Shown: one piece after another, positions 19,772 to 29,392 of the stretch
Layout of the letters: each line of letters begins with the position of its first letter
How positions within the stretch are numbered: the stretch's first letter is position 1
Virus record (IMG/VR): IMGVR_UViG_3300045256_000294
Location: 32,001 to 96,000 of that record
Source of the DNA: a virus
Strand: one strand, 5' to 3'
DNA length: 64,000 nt
Made by a program: the position numbers and the translations under genes
Notes under the pieces: generated by a model
The model's database searches: none
What the model was told of the DNA's origin: nothing
The model's input: only the letters and a program-made list of their open reading frames with translations

Positions 19772-20071
19772 ATGAGCATCACCGAGAACAGCAAACTCAC
19801 CTTCGGCAAACACAAAGGCACCCCGCTGAAGTATTGCCCACCTGGGTACCTGAAATGGCTCAGTGAGAACCTCAGTGGTGGCGATTTCCACGAATGGGCC
19901 ACAGCAGCAGCCGAAACCCTCCGCATCCTAGAATCCGAAGGAGCCGCAGCCGCCAGCATCGAAAAGCAGGCCGACGATTTCCTCAGACAGCACGGCGTAG
20001 ACCCCCAGAAGTACAAAAATGTACAACATCCACAGCGCAATCGCAATGGCCCTCGTCGAAGACGGTATTGA
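19772..20071 (+). CDS. small protein with FGKHKG..P..YL.W motif (DUF3820/QSregVF_b-like)
   Basis: LTFGKHKGTPLKYCPPGYLKWL. Confidence 0.75.
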   Translation: MSITENSKLTFGKHKGTPLKYCPPGYLKWLSENLSGGDFHEWATAAAETLRILESEGAAAASIEKQADDFLRQHGVDPQKYKNVQHPQRNRNGPRRRRY

Positions 20072-20288
20072 CGCTTTCGCCTTCCACCGCACTAAAGGCA
20101 CACGCGAGAACGTCGTCATCCGGGTCGCCCGCCGCCACGGACCCATCTATGTCTTCACCGCCTTTGCCGAAGGCGACATCTTCGTCATCGGCAAAAGCGA
20201 CCATTTCATCCGGGCACGATTCGACCTCGCCAACCCAGGCTGCTGGGGCCAGATCAGGACGCCATCGAATTTATGTCGTTCTCGGTAA
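20019..20288 (+). CDS. small protein of the dispersed LADP-motif family
   Basis: AMALVEDGI...RFDLANPGCW. Confidence 0.5.
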   Translation: MYNIHSAIAMALVEDGIDAFAFHRTKGTRENVVIRVARRHGPIYVFTAFAEGDIFVIGKSDHFIRARFDLANPGCWGQIRTPSNLCRSR

Positions 20289-21200
20289 TCATTCGTCAAT
20301 GTCCTCGACGCTATTCAGTACCGACAACACCGTCCGAGCCGCCCGGCCCAACTCACGCCGACCGCGGTCCGACAGCCTCTTGGCGAACGGCCGGTCGATG
20401 TTGGTATCCAGGAGTTTTACGATCTCCTGCACCCGCTTCTCCGTCGCCGGATCGCCCTTCACCGACGCCGGCACCCCGTCCTTGAGCCACTCAGCGATTT
20501 CCTCTCGGAAATCACGAGCCCGGTGCAGTTGGTAAGTGCCGTCCTCACGCAAGTGCAGGATGTAACCGTCCGAGAGTTGGATGTCAGGCTTGTTCCGCTC
20601 CATGATGAGACGATACAGCGACAGTTGGATGCTGTACTCATTGAGCTTGCAGTTGTCGTAGGCGTGGAAAGGCGGCAACAGCTTCTCATAGCGGTTGGTG
20701 ACCTCGAACTTGCTGCCGGTCTTCCAGTCGAAGATACACGCCAACCTGGACTTGGCTTTGTAGGGAAGGATAGATATGAGACTGTCCACCCGTCCGGCTA
20801 CCCCTAACTCCTCGTCGCCGACCACAAACTCCTGCTTGACCACCTTGGCGTCGAGTTCGGCCCGTAACTTGGTCCAGGCATCGTCGAAAGCGTCCATCTC
20901 CGGGAGCCGGTCGTTAACACGTCCCATGATAGGGTCAACCTTGCCAGCCATCACGTCTTCGATGTACTGGTGCAGACGGGTGCCCTTGTCCCGGCTTTTG
21001 GCTCCTTTCGCCTCCCATTGACGGAGGATCTCGGCCTGTGTCACCCCGGAGCGTTCAGCCATTTTCAGGCTGATACTGTCTTTGTCGAACTCCGGGATAA
21101 CGCTTTTGAGAACGGTTGTAACTGAGACGAGATTCTTGTCACCGATGCGGTAGCCGTGGTTTACCGAATCGACTACGATGTCGCTGAAACGAGTTGGCAT
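20289..21200 (-). CDS. PD-(D/E)XK exonuclease (RecB/Cas4-like superfamily)
   Basis: SVTT, GTRLH, AGRVD, DWKT, QLSLY. Confidence 0.85.
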   Translation of the reverse strand: MPTRFSDIVVDSVNHGYRIGDKNLVSVTTVLKSVIPEFDKDSISLKMAERSGVTQAEILRQWEAKGAKSRDKGTRLHQYIEDVMAGKVDPIMGRVNDRLPEMDAFDDAWTKLRAELDAKVVKQEFVVGDEELGVAGRVDSLISILPYKAKSRLACIFDWKTGSKFEVTNRYEKLLPPFHAYDNCKLNEYSIQLSLYRLIMERNKPDIQLSDGYILHLREDGTYQLHRARDFREEIAEWLKDGVPASVKGDPATEKRVQEIVKLLDTNIDRPFAKRLSDRGRRELGRAARTVLSVLNSVEDIDE

Positions 21201-21916
21201 TGCTGTTCCTTGTGCCGAGTCACGAACTTGGCATAGTCTTCATGATTATTAATACCCACGAAATCGACGTGATCAATGAGGACTTTAACTCTATACCCAG
21301 CCTGCAACCACTGCAATTGCTCCAGACACTCACCACCGGCTGTCGTCGGCTTCATTAGGAACAGACGTCGCAGGAATTTAGGGGAGTAAGCGTAGATGCC
21401 GACGTGCTTGAGCCAAGGACCGCCAGTCGGAATCGCCTGACGACTAAACCACAGGGCATTGCTTGCGTGATCGAGAACCACTTTTACAACATCCGGATCG
21501 CGAGCAACCGCAGAATCTTCCGTGGGTGAGGCGAGAGTAGCGACATCGCAGAACCCGGCCTTAACCGATTCAGCGAGACTGTCAATGTGATGACCAGGGA
21601 GGTCGGGCTCATCGCCCTGGAAGTTGACTACGACGTGATCGTCGTCCACGAAGTAGGTGCTGACGAAGTTGGCGATCCTTTCGGTGCCACTTTTAGCCGG
21701 GCCGGTCCTCACCACTTGAACTTTGGGATTACCGTAATCTCTGACTAGATTCTCGATCTCTTTGTCGGGGGTGACAACAAAGACGACGCTCGTCAATTTG
21801 GATCCCAACACTCGGTCGATGGTGTGGTAGAGGAGCGGCCTCCCGGTGTCAGTCAGGACCAGCTTGTTAGCAAGCCGTGTGGAACCCAACCGAGCCGGGA
21901 TAGCCGTGATAATCAT
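21173..21916 (-). CDS. kdsB: 3-deoxy-manno-octulosonate cytidylyltransferase (CMP-Kdo synthetase)
   Basis: IPARLGSTRL..K, SGTERI, NFQGDEP, VKVV, FSR..IP, HVGIYAY, LEQL. Confidence 0.9.
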   Translation of the reverse strand: MIITAIPARLGSTRLANKLVLTDTGRPLLYHTIDRVLGSKLTSVVFVVTPDKEIENLVRDYGNPKVQVVRTGPAKSGTERIANFVSTYFVDDDHVVVNFQGDEPDLPGHHIDSLAESVKAGFCDVATLASPTEDSAVARDPDVVKVVLDHASNALWFSRQAIPTGGPWLKHVGIYAYSPKFLRRLFLMKPTTAGGECLEQLQWLQAGYRVKVLIDHVDFVGINNHEDYAKFVTRHKEQQCQLVSATS

Positions 21917-22863
21917 GGGCGCACCAGGATTTGCTTCTTGAACGGCTTGAAATTGCGGTTGGCGTAACGAACAAGCCGCGTGATACAGCTACTCACGTCA
22001 ATACACCAGTCCCACTGAGCATAGGAGCCTACTGAGTAGACGCCCTTCTGCTCCAAGTGTTCCAGATTCGGCATCGGCCCCATCGGGATGTAGTCGCCGA
22101 CGCTGGTCCCATCCAAAATCTCGAAGTCCGGCATCAAAGCCATAAAATACGGCCCAGGCTGCTGGATCTCCTCATGACAGTAGAACAGATACCTGTCAGG
22201 GGCGATGTTAGCCACCTTGTAGAACGAGAATTTCGAGTCGGTGATAAGAGTCTGATTGTAACCCTCAAAATCCAGGTGCTTGGTCTGGATGTGGAAGAAG
22301 TGGGCTGGTTTGGCCGGCAACTCCTGCTGCAAGCCCATTAGGTTGTTCAAGACATTAAGAGGGATGGTGTTGACAGCGTTGTCGAACTCTTCCTTCTTCC
22401 CGTTCCGAACGAAATAGTGGTCACCGATCTCAGTGATCTTGCCCTTGGCGTGCTCCTCCTTGAGTTCACCCAAATACCGCTGGAGTAGTTCGCCGTAGAG
22501 TTGATTGACCCGGATGTCGTAGATGAAAAGATCAAGCCGATTGTTCATGTAGGGTTCAGCCTGACCCGGCACTTGGAGGCCGAAGATCTTGGTCAGCCAG
22601 TCCTGGCAGAGGCCCTTGTCATACTTGCCGAAAAGGTGCCCGCCGACGTCGAAGGCCCGGCGGTACAAGAAGGTTTTGGTCGGTGCCCGGCAGATATCGC
22701 GGACTGGTTCATCAATCTCCTCGCTGCAGATGATAAAGTTGTCATCCAGGGCGGGGTTGAACGTGAAGAATCGGCTCCGGCCGAACGGGATCACCGTCCA
22801 ACCGGGTAGTAGGGCCTTGGCGAATAGGCCGGTGATACCAGAACCAAAGATGACGTTCTTCAT
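21913..22863 (-). CDS. FAD-dependent oxidoreductase-like protein
   Basis: N-terminal IFGSGITG Rossmann motif; NTIPL; GSYAQW. Confidence 0.6.
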   Translation of the reverse strand: MKNVIFGSGITGLFAKALLPGWTVIPFGRSRFFTFNPALDDNFIICSEEIDEPVRDICRAPTKTFLYRRAFDVGGHLFGKYDKGLCQDWLTKIFGLQVPGQAEPYMNNRLDLFIYDIRVNQLYGELLQRYLGELKEEHAKGKITEIGDHYFVRNGKKEEFDNAVNTIPLNVLNNLMGLQQELPAKPAHFFHIQTKHLDFEGYNQTLITDSKFSFYKVANIAPDRYLFYCHEEIQQPGPYFMALMPDFEILDGTSVGDYIPMGPMPNLEHLEQKGVYSVGSYAQWDWCIDVSSCITRLVRYANRNFKPFKKQILVRP

Positions 22864-23573
22864 TCCACCATGTCCTTGTCGTCAAAATCTTGTTCCTCAC
22901 CCAGACCGTCCGCCTTCTCGACCTCGACGGGCCGGGTAGAGGCCATCTTGGTAAGAGTGAATGGATCGTCCGGGCTCTGCTGTTCCTCGATCCGCGGCGG
23001 GACGACCTGCTGGATCATGACCTTGGGAGCCGGGGTATCGGCGACCGGAGCCGGGGCCGGTGCTGGCAGAGTAATCGCCTGTGGCTTTTTCTTGCCCTTC
23101 TTTGGTTTCTTCCCGCGAGGCGGCCTCGCGGCCGAGGCTGTTGGTGCGACGGAAGGCACGGGAGAGGCCAGGACGGGGCTCTCCGGCATAGCGAACCGAT
23201 CGGCCACCGTTCCAACCTTCTCCGCCAACGGCTGCTTGGGGTCGTGTAGAATCGGGTCGAGTTCGAATGCCTGAATCCGCCCTGTCTTGATCGGGTTCAG
23301 GAACGGGTCTTGGACAGGCGGCGGGGCTGGCTTACAGACGGGACAGGCTACAACAACCGCCTGGAATGGCGGGTCACCCAATTTCACGTCCAGTTCAAAC
23401 CCCTGTCCGCAGTCCGGACACGTCGTTATCACTCGCGATGGCTTGACCACCACCCCGAAAGCGTTGGTCATCGTCATCTGGTTGACGACATCAGAGTCGA
23501 ACTGGAATGGCCGTCCGGTGATGGACTTGCCATTGATGGTCAGGGGAACGAGGTCGTATGGGTTGTAGTTCAC
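22860..23573 (-). CDS. Pro-rich zinc-binding hypothetical protein
   Basis: CPDC/CPVC followed by a low-complexity tail. Confidence 0.65.
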   Translation of the reverse strand: MNYNPYDLVPLTINGKSITGRPFQFDSDVVNQMTMTNAFGVVVKPSRVITTCPDCGQGFELDVKLGDPPFQAVVVACPVCKPAPPPVQDPFLNPIKTGRIQAFELDPILHDPKQPLAEKVGTVADRFAMPESPVLASPVPSVAPTASAARPPRGKKPKKGKKKPQAITLPAPAPAPVADTPAPKVMIQQVVPPRIEEQQSPDDPFTLTKMASTRPVEVEKADGLGEEQDFDDKDMVE

Positions 23574-23857
23574 TTCTTCTCCACCTGGGAAACGGCACCG
23601 ACATTCCCGACCGGATACCGTTTGCCGTCTTTTTTGAGGATCTCGCGGCGAATCACTGGACCGTGGGTTGACTCCCGATATTCCAGCATGTACTCGCCTT
23701 CTGAGTCCTGGATCGGGTACATCGTCATTTCAAGGATGACTTTCTCATCCTTGTGCGGGTCCTCAAGCTGGACAGGGTTTGGGTCCTGACAAACCAGGAC
23801 CACCGCACCCAGAATGAGGATAATCACGAGCAGGCGGGCTACGAGTTTGTTGACCAT
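23570..23857 (-). CDS. small membrane-anchored protein
   Basis: N-terminal hydrophobic helix. Confidence 0.6.
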   Translation of the reverse strand: MVNKLVARLLVIILILGAVVLVCQDPNPVQLEDPHKDEKVILEMTMYPIQDSEGEYMLEYRESTHGPVIRREILKKDGKRYPVGNVGAVSQVEKK

Positions 23858-24312
23858 TCCCCTGCTACCTTCCGGACGGTGCCGGCGTTAGTTGTCAATT
23901 GCTTGTACATATCATCCGTGATATTCATCTCGACGTACCGCTCGTCAGTCTTGACCACCGGCGGCTTTTGCGTGGTCCGCACATCGACCTTGGTGACGGC
24001 CACGTGATAGTAGCTGTAGGTGCCGGTCATGAGTCGCCCACTCAAATCACAAAGCGTCCCAATGACCACACGCCGCTTGGGTGACTGGATTTTGGCGAAA
24101 TTAGCAACGATCAGCTTCTTGTGCTTGTCGAAGCACGCCGGGCAGACGTCGAGTGAGAATATCACGGGGAATTGGACGATCTGGTCCAGAGGCGGCTTGA
24201 CGTTGCCGTAGACCTCGACCGGTCGGAAATCATAAGAGTAGTATGTGAAATCGTGGCGGCAACCTAGGCCGCACACGTCACAAGCGATACCATCTTTTGT
24301 TGGTAATTGCAT
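23839..24312 (-). CDS. zinc-binding hypothetical protein with internal duplication
   Basis: IACDVCG...FTYY and TLCDLSG...YSYY halves. Confidence 0.65.
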   Translation of the reverse strand: MQLPTKDGIACDVCGLGCRHDFTYYSYDFRPVEVYGNVKPPLDQIVQFPVIFSLDVCPACFDKHKKLIVANFAKIQSPKRRVVIGTLCDLSGRLMTGTYSYYHVAVTKVDVRTTQKPPVVKTDERYVEMNITDDMYKQLTTNAGTVRKVAGEWSTNS

Positions 24313-24324
24313 ACCCTACGTACA

Positions 24325-25533
24325 TCACCGTTCCCTCAGAGCCATGATGATCTCGCCGCGAGCAAGGGCGAAAGTACCCCGTTTGTCGTCGTAGTCCACA
24401 AACATCTGAACCGCCTTCCCCCTGGAAATGATATTCAGATCTTGATTCTGTAGTTCGTTGAACCACACGAAAACCAGGGCCGTCTGGATACCGTCGGTAA
24501 TGAAGACCTTAAGGTACGGCTTGTTGGTCTTGGTCATGCCGTCAACGACGTCCTGAATGATCCCCTCAAGCTTGACCTCACCGCCCGTCTTGGCGTTCTC
24601 CTTCGCCTGGGCGATCGTGCAGCCCTCGCACTTATACACGTCCAGCGGCGAATCGATCCAGTAGCCCAGGAACTGCTTCTGGAACAATAGCCGATCTTCC
24701 ATGGTGAAGTCATCAGGGAAGAGGGCCATCACCTTATCGCGGGTATCCTTTGGCTTCGGCTGCCAATTCTTCAACTTGTCCGGGATCTTATTCCGCTTGG
24801 GGAACGTCCGTTTCCACTCCATGATCTGACGCTGGCGTTCCTCGTTGATAGTCTTGGGGTTCCAGCCCTCAAGTTCCAGGAGCTTAGCCCGCACCGCCCG
24901 GCGGAGTTCCGTCATGTTCTTACCGGACTTACAATATTTGTACTGGTAGTATTGCCATAGAGCCTGAGCGTTCTCGTGGCCCGGCAGGTGGCGGAAGGCC
25001 CCCAACTTGATGAACCGCTCCAACACCGTCTTCGACTGACGACCAGGGGCCGACTCCACGAACTCATCGATATCCCGATACTTGCCCTTCCCTTCGAAGG
25101 CGAGAGCCGCCTTCTTGCCCAATCCCTTGATACCGATGAGCCCCTGATTCACCGTGTCTCCAGTCACGGTGAAGTTGCTGGTCATATGCTCAATGTTCAC
25201 CACCGAGAAACGGACGTTGCGAGGCTTCTCCTTACCGCCTTTGTACTTCCCACAGTAAGTGATTTCAGTTGGGTTCCACTCTTCAGCACGAGCCACACTC
25301 ATGTACCGCACCAACTTGTCCGGGTGGCAGTCGGACATAACCGCCGCCCAGAACTCCGGTGCGAAGTGAGCCTTAAGCCACAGACATTTAAGGGCCACGA
25401 GGCAGTAGGAGACGGCGTGGGAATTACGATGTACTGCCGCAGAAGAATCAGTTATGTAATTGTGTTCCGAAGACGCCATTTCTGGCGAATACGTTTGCCG
25501 CATCCCTAAGGATCGATACGATACGATCTTCAT
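24325..25533 (-). CDS. dnaE: DNA polymerase III alpha, C-terminal piece with split C-intein
   Basis: 37-aa IntC (MKIVS...VHRN), then SHAVSY...LKAHF.PEF, HhH GLIGIKGLG and an OB-fold-like tail. Confidence 0.9.
   Translation of the reverse strand: MKIVSYRSLGMRQTYSPEMASSEHNYITDSSAAVHRNSHAVSYCLVALKCLWLKAHFAPEFWAAVMSDCHPDKLVRYMSVARAEEWNPTEITYCGKYKGGKEKPRNVRFSVVNIEHMTSNFTVTGDTVNQGLIGIKGLGKKAALAFEGKGKYRDIDEFVESAPGRQSKTVLERFIKLGAFRHLPGHENAQALWQYYQYKYCKSGKNMTELRRAVRAKLLELEGWNPKTINEERQRQIMEWKRTFPKRNKIPDKLKNWQPKPKDTRDKVMALFPDDFTMEDRLLFQKQFLGYWIDSPLDVYKCEGCTIAQAKENAKTGGEVKLEGIIQDVVDGMTKTNKPYLKVFITDGIQTALVFVWFNELQNQDLNIISRGKAVQMFVDYDDKRGTFALARGEIIMALRER
25423..25533 (-). mobile_element. split intein C-fragment (37 aa)
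   Basis: MKIVSYRSLG..TY..EM...HNY...HRN|S. Confidence 0.85.
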
Positions 25534-27188
25534 AACAACTCCAATTTGTAATGTCCAGCATCCCACAGCCGTCTATACCCATTGGCGAACATATTCTGGG
25601 CTTCGGTCAATTCGGCCTTAAAATCAGGCAAGAGACCAGGTAACTTATGCTTCTGAAACATCTGTCGCGGATACACTTTCTGGCCTTTACAATAACTATA
25701 CCCAGGAGGGGTCACACCACGCTTGACGAACCCAGCTGCAATATAAGCGGCAGCAGTTGGTGAATAACGGCGATCCACATACGTGAATACGCTGCCAAGG
25801 CCCGACCGTTTCATCAACCGGCTAAGGCCGCCCACAACCATTGTGTCCAATAAATTACAGAACCGCATTAACTCCCACCTCCCATGTAAATTGTTGAACG
25901 AAGCCGCAGCAACAATACAACCGCCTTTTTCCAGTGCCAAATAGCGACTAGATCGCCTATGCCCGTGTAAGTGATTGTGGTCAAAAAACATTTTCATCTC
26001 CGCTTCTGTGGGTTCGGTCACAACACAGTCCCTGGCGTAGACCCTCGATTTCACCAAACCGAGCTTGGAACGCAACATCGACTTTACGATTTGTGGCTTA
26101 TCACGCCATTCTGATTCATAAATCTGAATCAACGAAAAGCCTTTATCCAAAGCAGCATCCAACTTGTTATAGTGGCGGTATGACTCTTCCCTAGTTTCTG
26201 GCCTGTTATATGAGTGCCAATATAAACCATGGTACTCTATCCCAACGTTACCAGCAACAATATCAATCTCTTGGCCATCAAGGATATTGCGGTCATTACG
26301 AACACACTGCGTCAATGATCCAACAAATTCCGCTAACTCCATTTCGCCTTTAGAACTCGTTTTAGCCGAATCACAAAACCGGCACCCAGCCCCTTTGAGA
26401 TGATTCTGAGCTAGTTGTACAACATGTCCATGTATATCACACTTATAAACGATATGACTCAGCGATGACTCATACGTACTATCCGAATAATCGTATCTGC
26501 CACCATGGACAACTGCACAGCGCTCGAAGAATTCAGTCGCTGTTAATTTAGATCGCTCGGCCGCGCAGGTTGGACAGCCATGTCCTCGCACATGATTGGA
26601 CGGTAGCTGGACGAATGGGCCATGGTGCGGACACACGACCGTAAATGCCACATCGGTGCTTACGTAAACTGTTTTCGAATAATCATAAAAACCATCATGT
26701 ACTAATGAACAACGAGCTAAGAATTCAGCAGCATTATTCCGCCGCGCCGCATTAACTCTAGCTACATATTCTGGATCGGCGAATTTTTTCTTTATAGCCG
26801 CAGAAATCTTTTCAGCGAACTCCTTACTACTACTCAACCGCCGAGCACAGTCCCGCATTTTGGTGCGATAGGCATCATCCAGCCACAGCCGCTTTGACCT
26901 TTCAGACGACCCAGCCACAATCTTATCAATAGCAGATTTTGATGCCAACGAAGCAGCCGCGACGACTGACGGGAGGGCACGATAGCAACTTGGGCAATGG
27001 TAATCAACTACGTGTTTAGATTGATTGTTAACAGTCCGCACAAGTTCTGCAAATACAACAGTCCTCTGCAATTTACAATTAGCACAAATGGCCGTTACCC
27101 TTTCCTTACTTTTCGGACGAGTTGCCTTGGCCACCAGTCTGAGCCTGGGCGACATCCAATCCTTTGTCGATAATTTCTCTAACTTCAT
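25530..27188 (-). CDS. free-standing homing endonuclease (zinc-finger repeats plus Vsr/PD-(D/E)XK-like core)
   Basis: YDYS...CPHHG..GCP repeats; EIDI...GIEYHGLYWHS; GYRRLWDAG; AT-rich; start codon uncertain. Confidence 0.8.
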   Translation of the reverse strand: MKLEKLSTKDWMSPRLRLVAKATRPKSKERVTAICANCKLQRTVVFAELVRTVNNQSKHVVDYHCPSCYRALPSVVAAASLASKSAIDKIVAGSSERSKRLWLDDAYRTKMRDCARRLSSSKEFAEKISAAIKKKFADPEYVARVNAARRNNAAEFLARCSLVHDGFYDYSKTVYVSTDVAFTVVCPHHGPFVQLPSNHVRGHGCPTCAAERSKLTATEFFERCAVVHGGRYDYSDSTYESSLSHIVYKCDIHGHVVQLAQNHLKGAGCRFCDSAKTSSKGEMELAEFVGSLTQCVRNDRNILDGQEIDIVAGNVGIEYHGLYWHSYNRPETREESYRHYNKLDAALDKGFSLIQIYESEWRDKPQIVKSMLRSKLGLVKSRVYARDCVVTEPTEAEMKMFFDHNHLHGHRRSSRYLALEKGGCIVAAASFNNLHGRWELMRFCNLLDTMVVGGLSRLMKRSGLGSVFTYVDRRYSPTAAAYIAAGFVKRGVTPPGYSYCKGQKVYPRQMFQKHKLPGLLPDFKAELTEAQNMFANGYRRLWDAGHYKLELL

Positions 27189-29229
27189 GATACTCCCCAT
27201 CAGTGCAAAGGAATTTGTGTTGCATTGTGACTCTCTCTGTCTGGCCATTATCGAAAACTATTTCAAACACCTCCTGCACACCAGTATCGTGAATAGCCAC
27301 GCACTTATCAGTAACAACTATGCCATTGCTGTACGCTTTAAGGGTCGGTAAATCAACTTCATTGGCCCACTCGCCAATAGTGGCCGACCGACCGGTGGTG
27401 GTGTCGGTTAGCACAGTATCTTTGTCAAGGCACTTATTGAAGGCGTATCTGCCGAACGTCTCCATCTTCGGCCACCACTCGTCAGCCTCGGCCTGACCGA
27501 GCATTTTGGCGGCACCGCGCAGCCACTTCTCCTTAATTGGCTTGAGCTTGTGGGTCAACTTCTTGGCAACGGCCTTTCGAGCCTCCTGAGCCTCAGGAGC
27601 AGTGAACCCGGCCACCCGCTGCCAGATGGCCTGCAATTGTTCCTGGTAAACGATCACACCATAGGTGTCCTTGAGGACATCCAGGATGACCGGGTGGAGC
27701 CTTTTCTGCCAAGTCTTACGGCCGTCATCGCGGTTTCTCACCGCATCCGGGATCGAGGCCATCGGACCAGGGTGACCCATCGCGTTGAACAGCATCAAGT
27801 CTTCGAAGCAGTACGACTGGTTGGCCAAAATACTCTTAGCCAGATCGGTGTCGAACTGGAACACCCCGTCCGTCTTTTGCTCGTTGGCGAGCCTGAGGGC
27901 ATGGGGGTCGTCCATGTTGATGAAGTGCTTCTCTCCGTTGCCGTCATAGTAGAAACCAGCGTGCCGGAGCCGTGGGTTGTTGTACTCCATCCCCTCCATA
28001 TTCTTACCAAAGGAGATACCGCGGTTCTCCTCAATAAGCTGGCACGCCTTGAAAATGTACTCCAAAGTCTTTAGGCCAAGGAGGTCCCATTTAATGTAAC
28101 CGAACTTGGATAGCTGGGTGTTACGGCCCTCAGTCCACATGCTCGTCCAGAAGCCCTTGCTTCCGGTCTTGGCCATGGGAACGTTGCCGTACAGCGGCCG
28201 GTTCGTGATGATGATGGCCCCGGCGTGCATCCCCATGTTGCGGATGCGGCCGATCAGGTTGAGAGCTACGTCGAAGATAGGTGGGTACACCCGCTCTTCG
28301 AGTTCCGGATTCTCCAACCGCTGCTTGTCCCATTCAGCCTGCAGTTCGACCCGCCGCTTCTCGCAGCTATCGTAGAAACGACGAAGAGGCTCGTGTTCCT
28401 CGAACAACTTGGCGAATGTCGGCCCATCGGTGTCGGTGGATTCTACGTTACGATCTGCCCAGCACTTCGGGCATTTGAGTTCACCCTTCTTGCTGCCGTA
28501 CAGATGGCCGCACTCCTTACCGGAAGGCAGAATCGCTTTGCATGGGGCCAGCCCGCCTTCCTTGAGATCGTCAACGTCGTCGGGCAGTAGCTTGGTGATC
28601 TGTTCAGCTTTCTCCAACTTGGCCTCTTCCATGTCCACGGTGACGCCAAGGTCATCCACGCTCTTGGTGCCCTTCCGCTTTACCCCAGCTTTGGTCTGCT
28701 GGGTGCCGCGGCCCATGTAGCCAAGGGCGACGGCTGAGTCGATTAAGGCACTCTTGAACTTATAGGTCTGCCACGTACCGACCGAACAGACTGAACCATA
28801 GCCATCATTATGGTTACTGCCGTAAGTCTTGATCGCGAATTCCTTAAGAGGGTCGCGAGCGGCCGGTAGGCAGTCAATGTCGATGTCAGGGCTGTCCGGG
28901 TCCTTGATGAGATCGTGTGGAATGAAGCCGTTAGCGTCCTTGAACTCCAAAACTTTCGCTGCCCGGACGGTGTTGAGCATCGGGGTCTTGCGAGCCACGA
29001 TGGGGTCATCATCCACCATCCCAAGAACCCACGGCAGGACTAGGTTATTGGGGTTAGACAGGAACTTCTTACCTTCAGAGTAACGGTTGACCCAGATTAA
29101 TTCAGCACCCTGCTTCTCGACCTCGGCGATCTCGAACTTGAGCCGTTCTTCGTACGGACCATCTAACCCTCGCTGGGCCAGGACAGCCAGAGCTTTAGAT
29201 ACGACTTGTTGCCAAGAAATATCAGTCAT
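27106..29229 (-). CDS. dnaE: DNA polymerase III alpha, catalytic middle piece with split N-intein
   Basis: PDIDID, HAGA, KWDLLGL, GVFQF, TYGVIVYQEQ, YAFNK|CLD... Confidence 0.92.
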   Translation of the reverse strand: MTDISWQQVVSKALAVLAQRGLDGPYEERLKFEIAEVEKQGAELIWVNRYSEGKKFLSNPNNLVLPWVLGMVDDDPIVARKTPMLNTVRAAKVLEFKDANGFIPHDLIKDPDSPDIDIDCLPAARDPLKEFAIKTYGSNHNDGYGSVCSVGTWQTYKFKSALIDSAVALGYMGRGTQQTKAGVKRKGTKSVDDLGVTVDMEEAKLEKAEQITKLLPDDVDDLKEGGLAPCKAILPSGKECGHLYGSKKGELKCPKCWADRNVESTDTDGPTFAKLFEEHEPLRRFYDSCEKRRVELQAEWDKQRLENPELEERVYPPIFDVALNLIGRIRNMGMHAGAIIITNRPLYGNVPMAKTGSKGFWTSMWTEGRNTQLSKFGYIKWDLLGLKTLEYIFKACQLIEENRGISFGKNMEGMEYNNPRLRHAGFYYDGNGEKHFINMDDPHALRLANEQKTDGVFQFDTDLAKSILANQSYCFEDLMLFNAMGHPGPMASIPDAVRNRDDGRKTWQKRLHPVILDVLKDTYGVIVYQEQLQAIWQRVAGFTAPEAQEARKAVAKKLTHKLKPIKEKWLRGAAKMLGQAEADEWWPKMETFGRYAFNKCLDKDTVLTDTTTGRSATIGEWANEVDLPTLKAYSNGIVVTDKCVAIHDTGVQEVFEIVFDNGQTERVTMQHKFLCTDGEYHEVREIIDKGLDVAQAQTGGQGNSSEK
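27109..27432 (-). mobile_element. split intein N-fragment (~108 aa)
   Basis: CLDKDT...TGVQEVFEI...TMQHKFL, then a stop codon. Confidence 0.88.
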
Positions 29230-29392
29230 AGTTCACCACCAACAAGCAGCTTCTGGTAATCCTGGAGCTTCTCAGGGTGCTTACCCTGGACGTGGAGCGT
29301 CCGGCCGACGTGTTGCTCATCTTAGCGTCACAAAACGGACATTTCAGAGAGCCCGCCTCATCCGACTCCGCCTGACGACTCACAACATCATC
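29226..29392 (-). pseudogene. decayed third copy of the C2H2 module
   Basis: LKCPFC..KMSNT then a frameshift to GRTLHVQGKHPEKLQDYQKLL; its stop overlaps the dnaE start (ATGA). Confidence 0.65.

Noticed and set aside
20289-21200. Cas4-like nuclease as a sign of a CRISPR system
   Set aside because: No repeat-spacer array or other cas genes were seen, and the Fe-S cysteines of Cas4 are missing.
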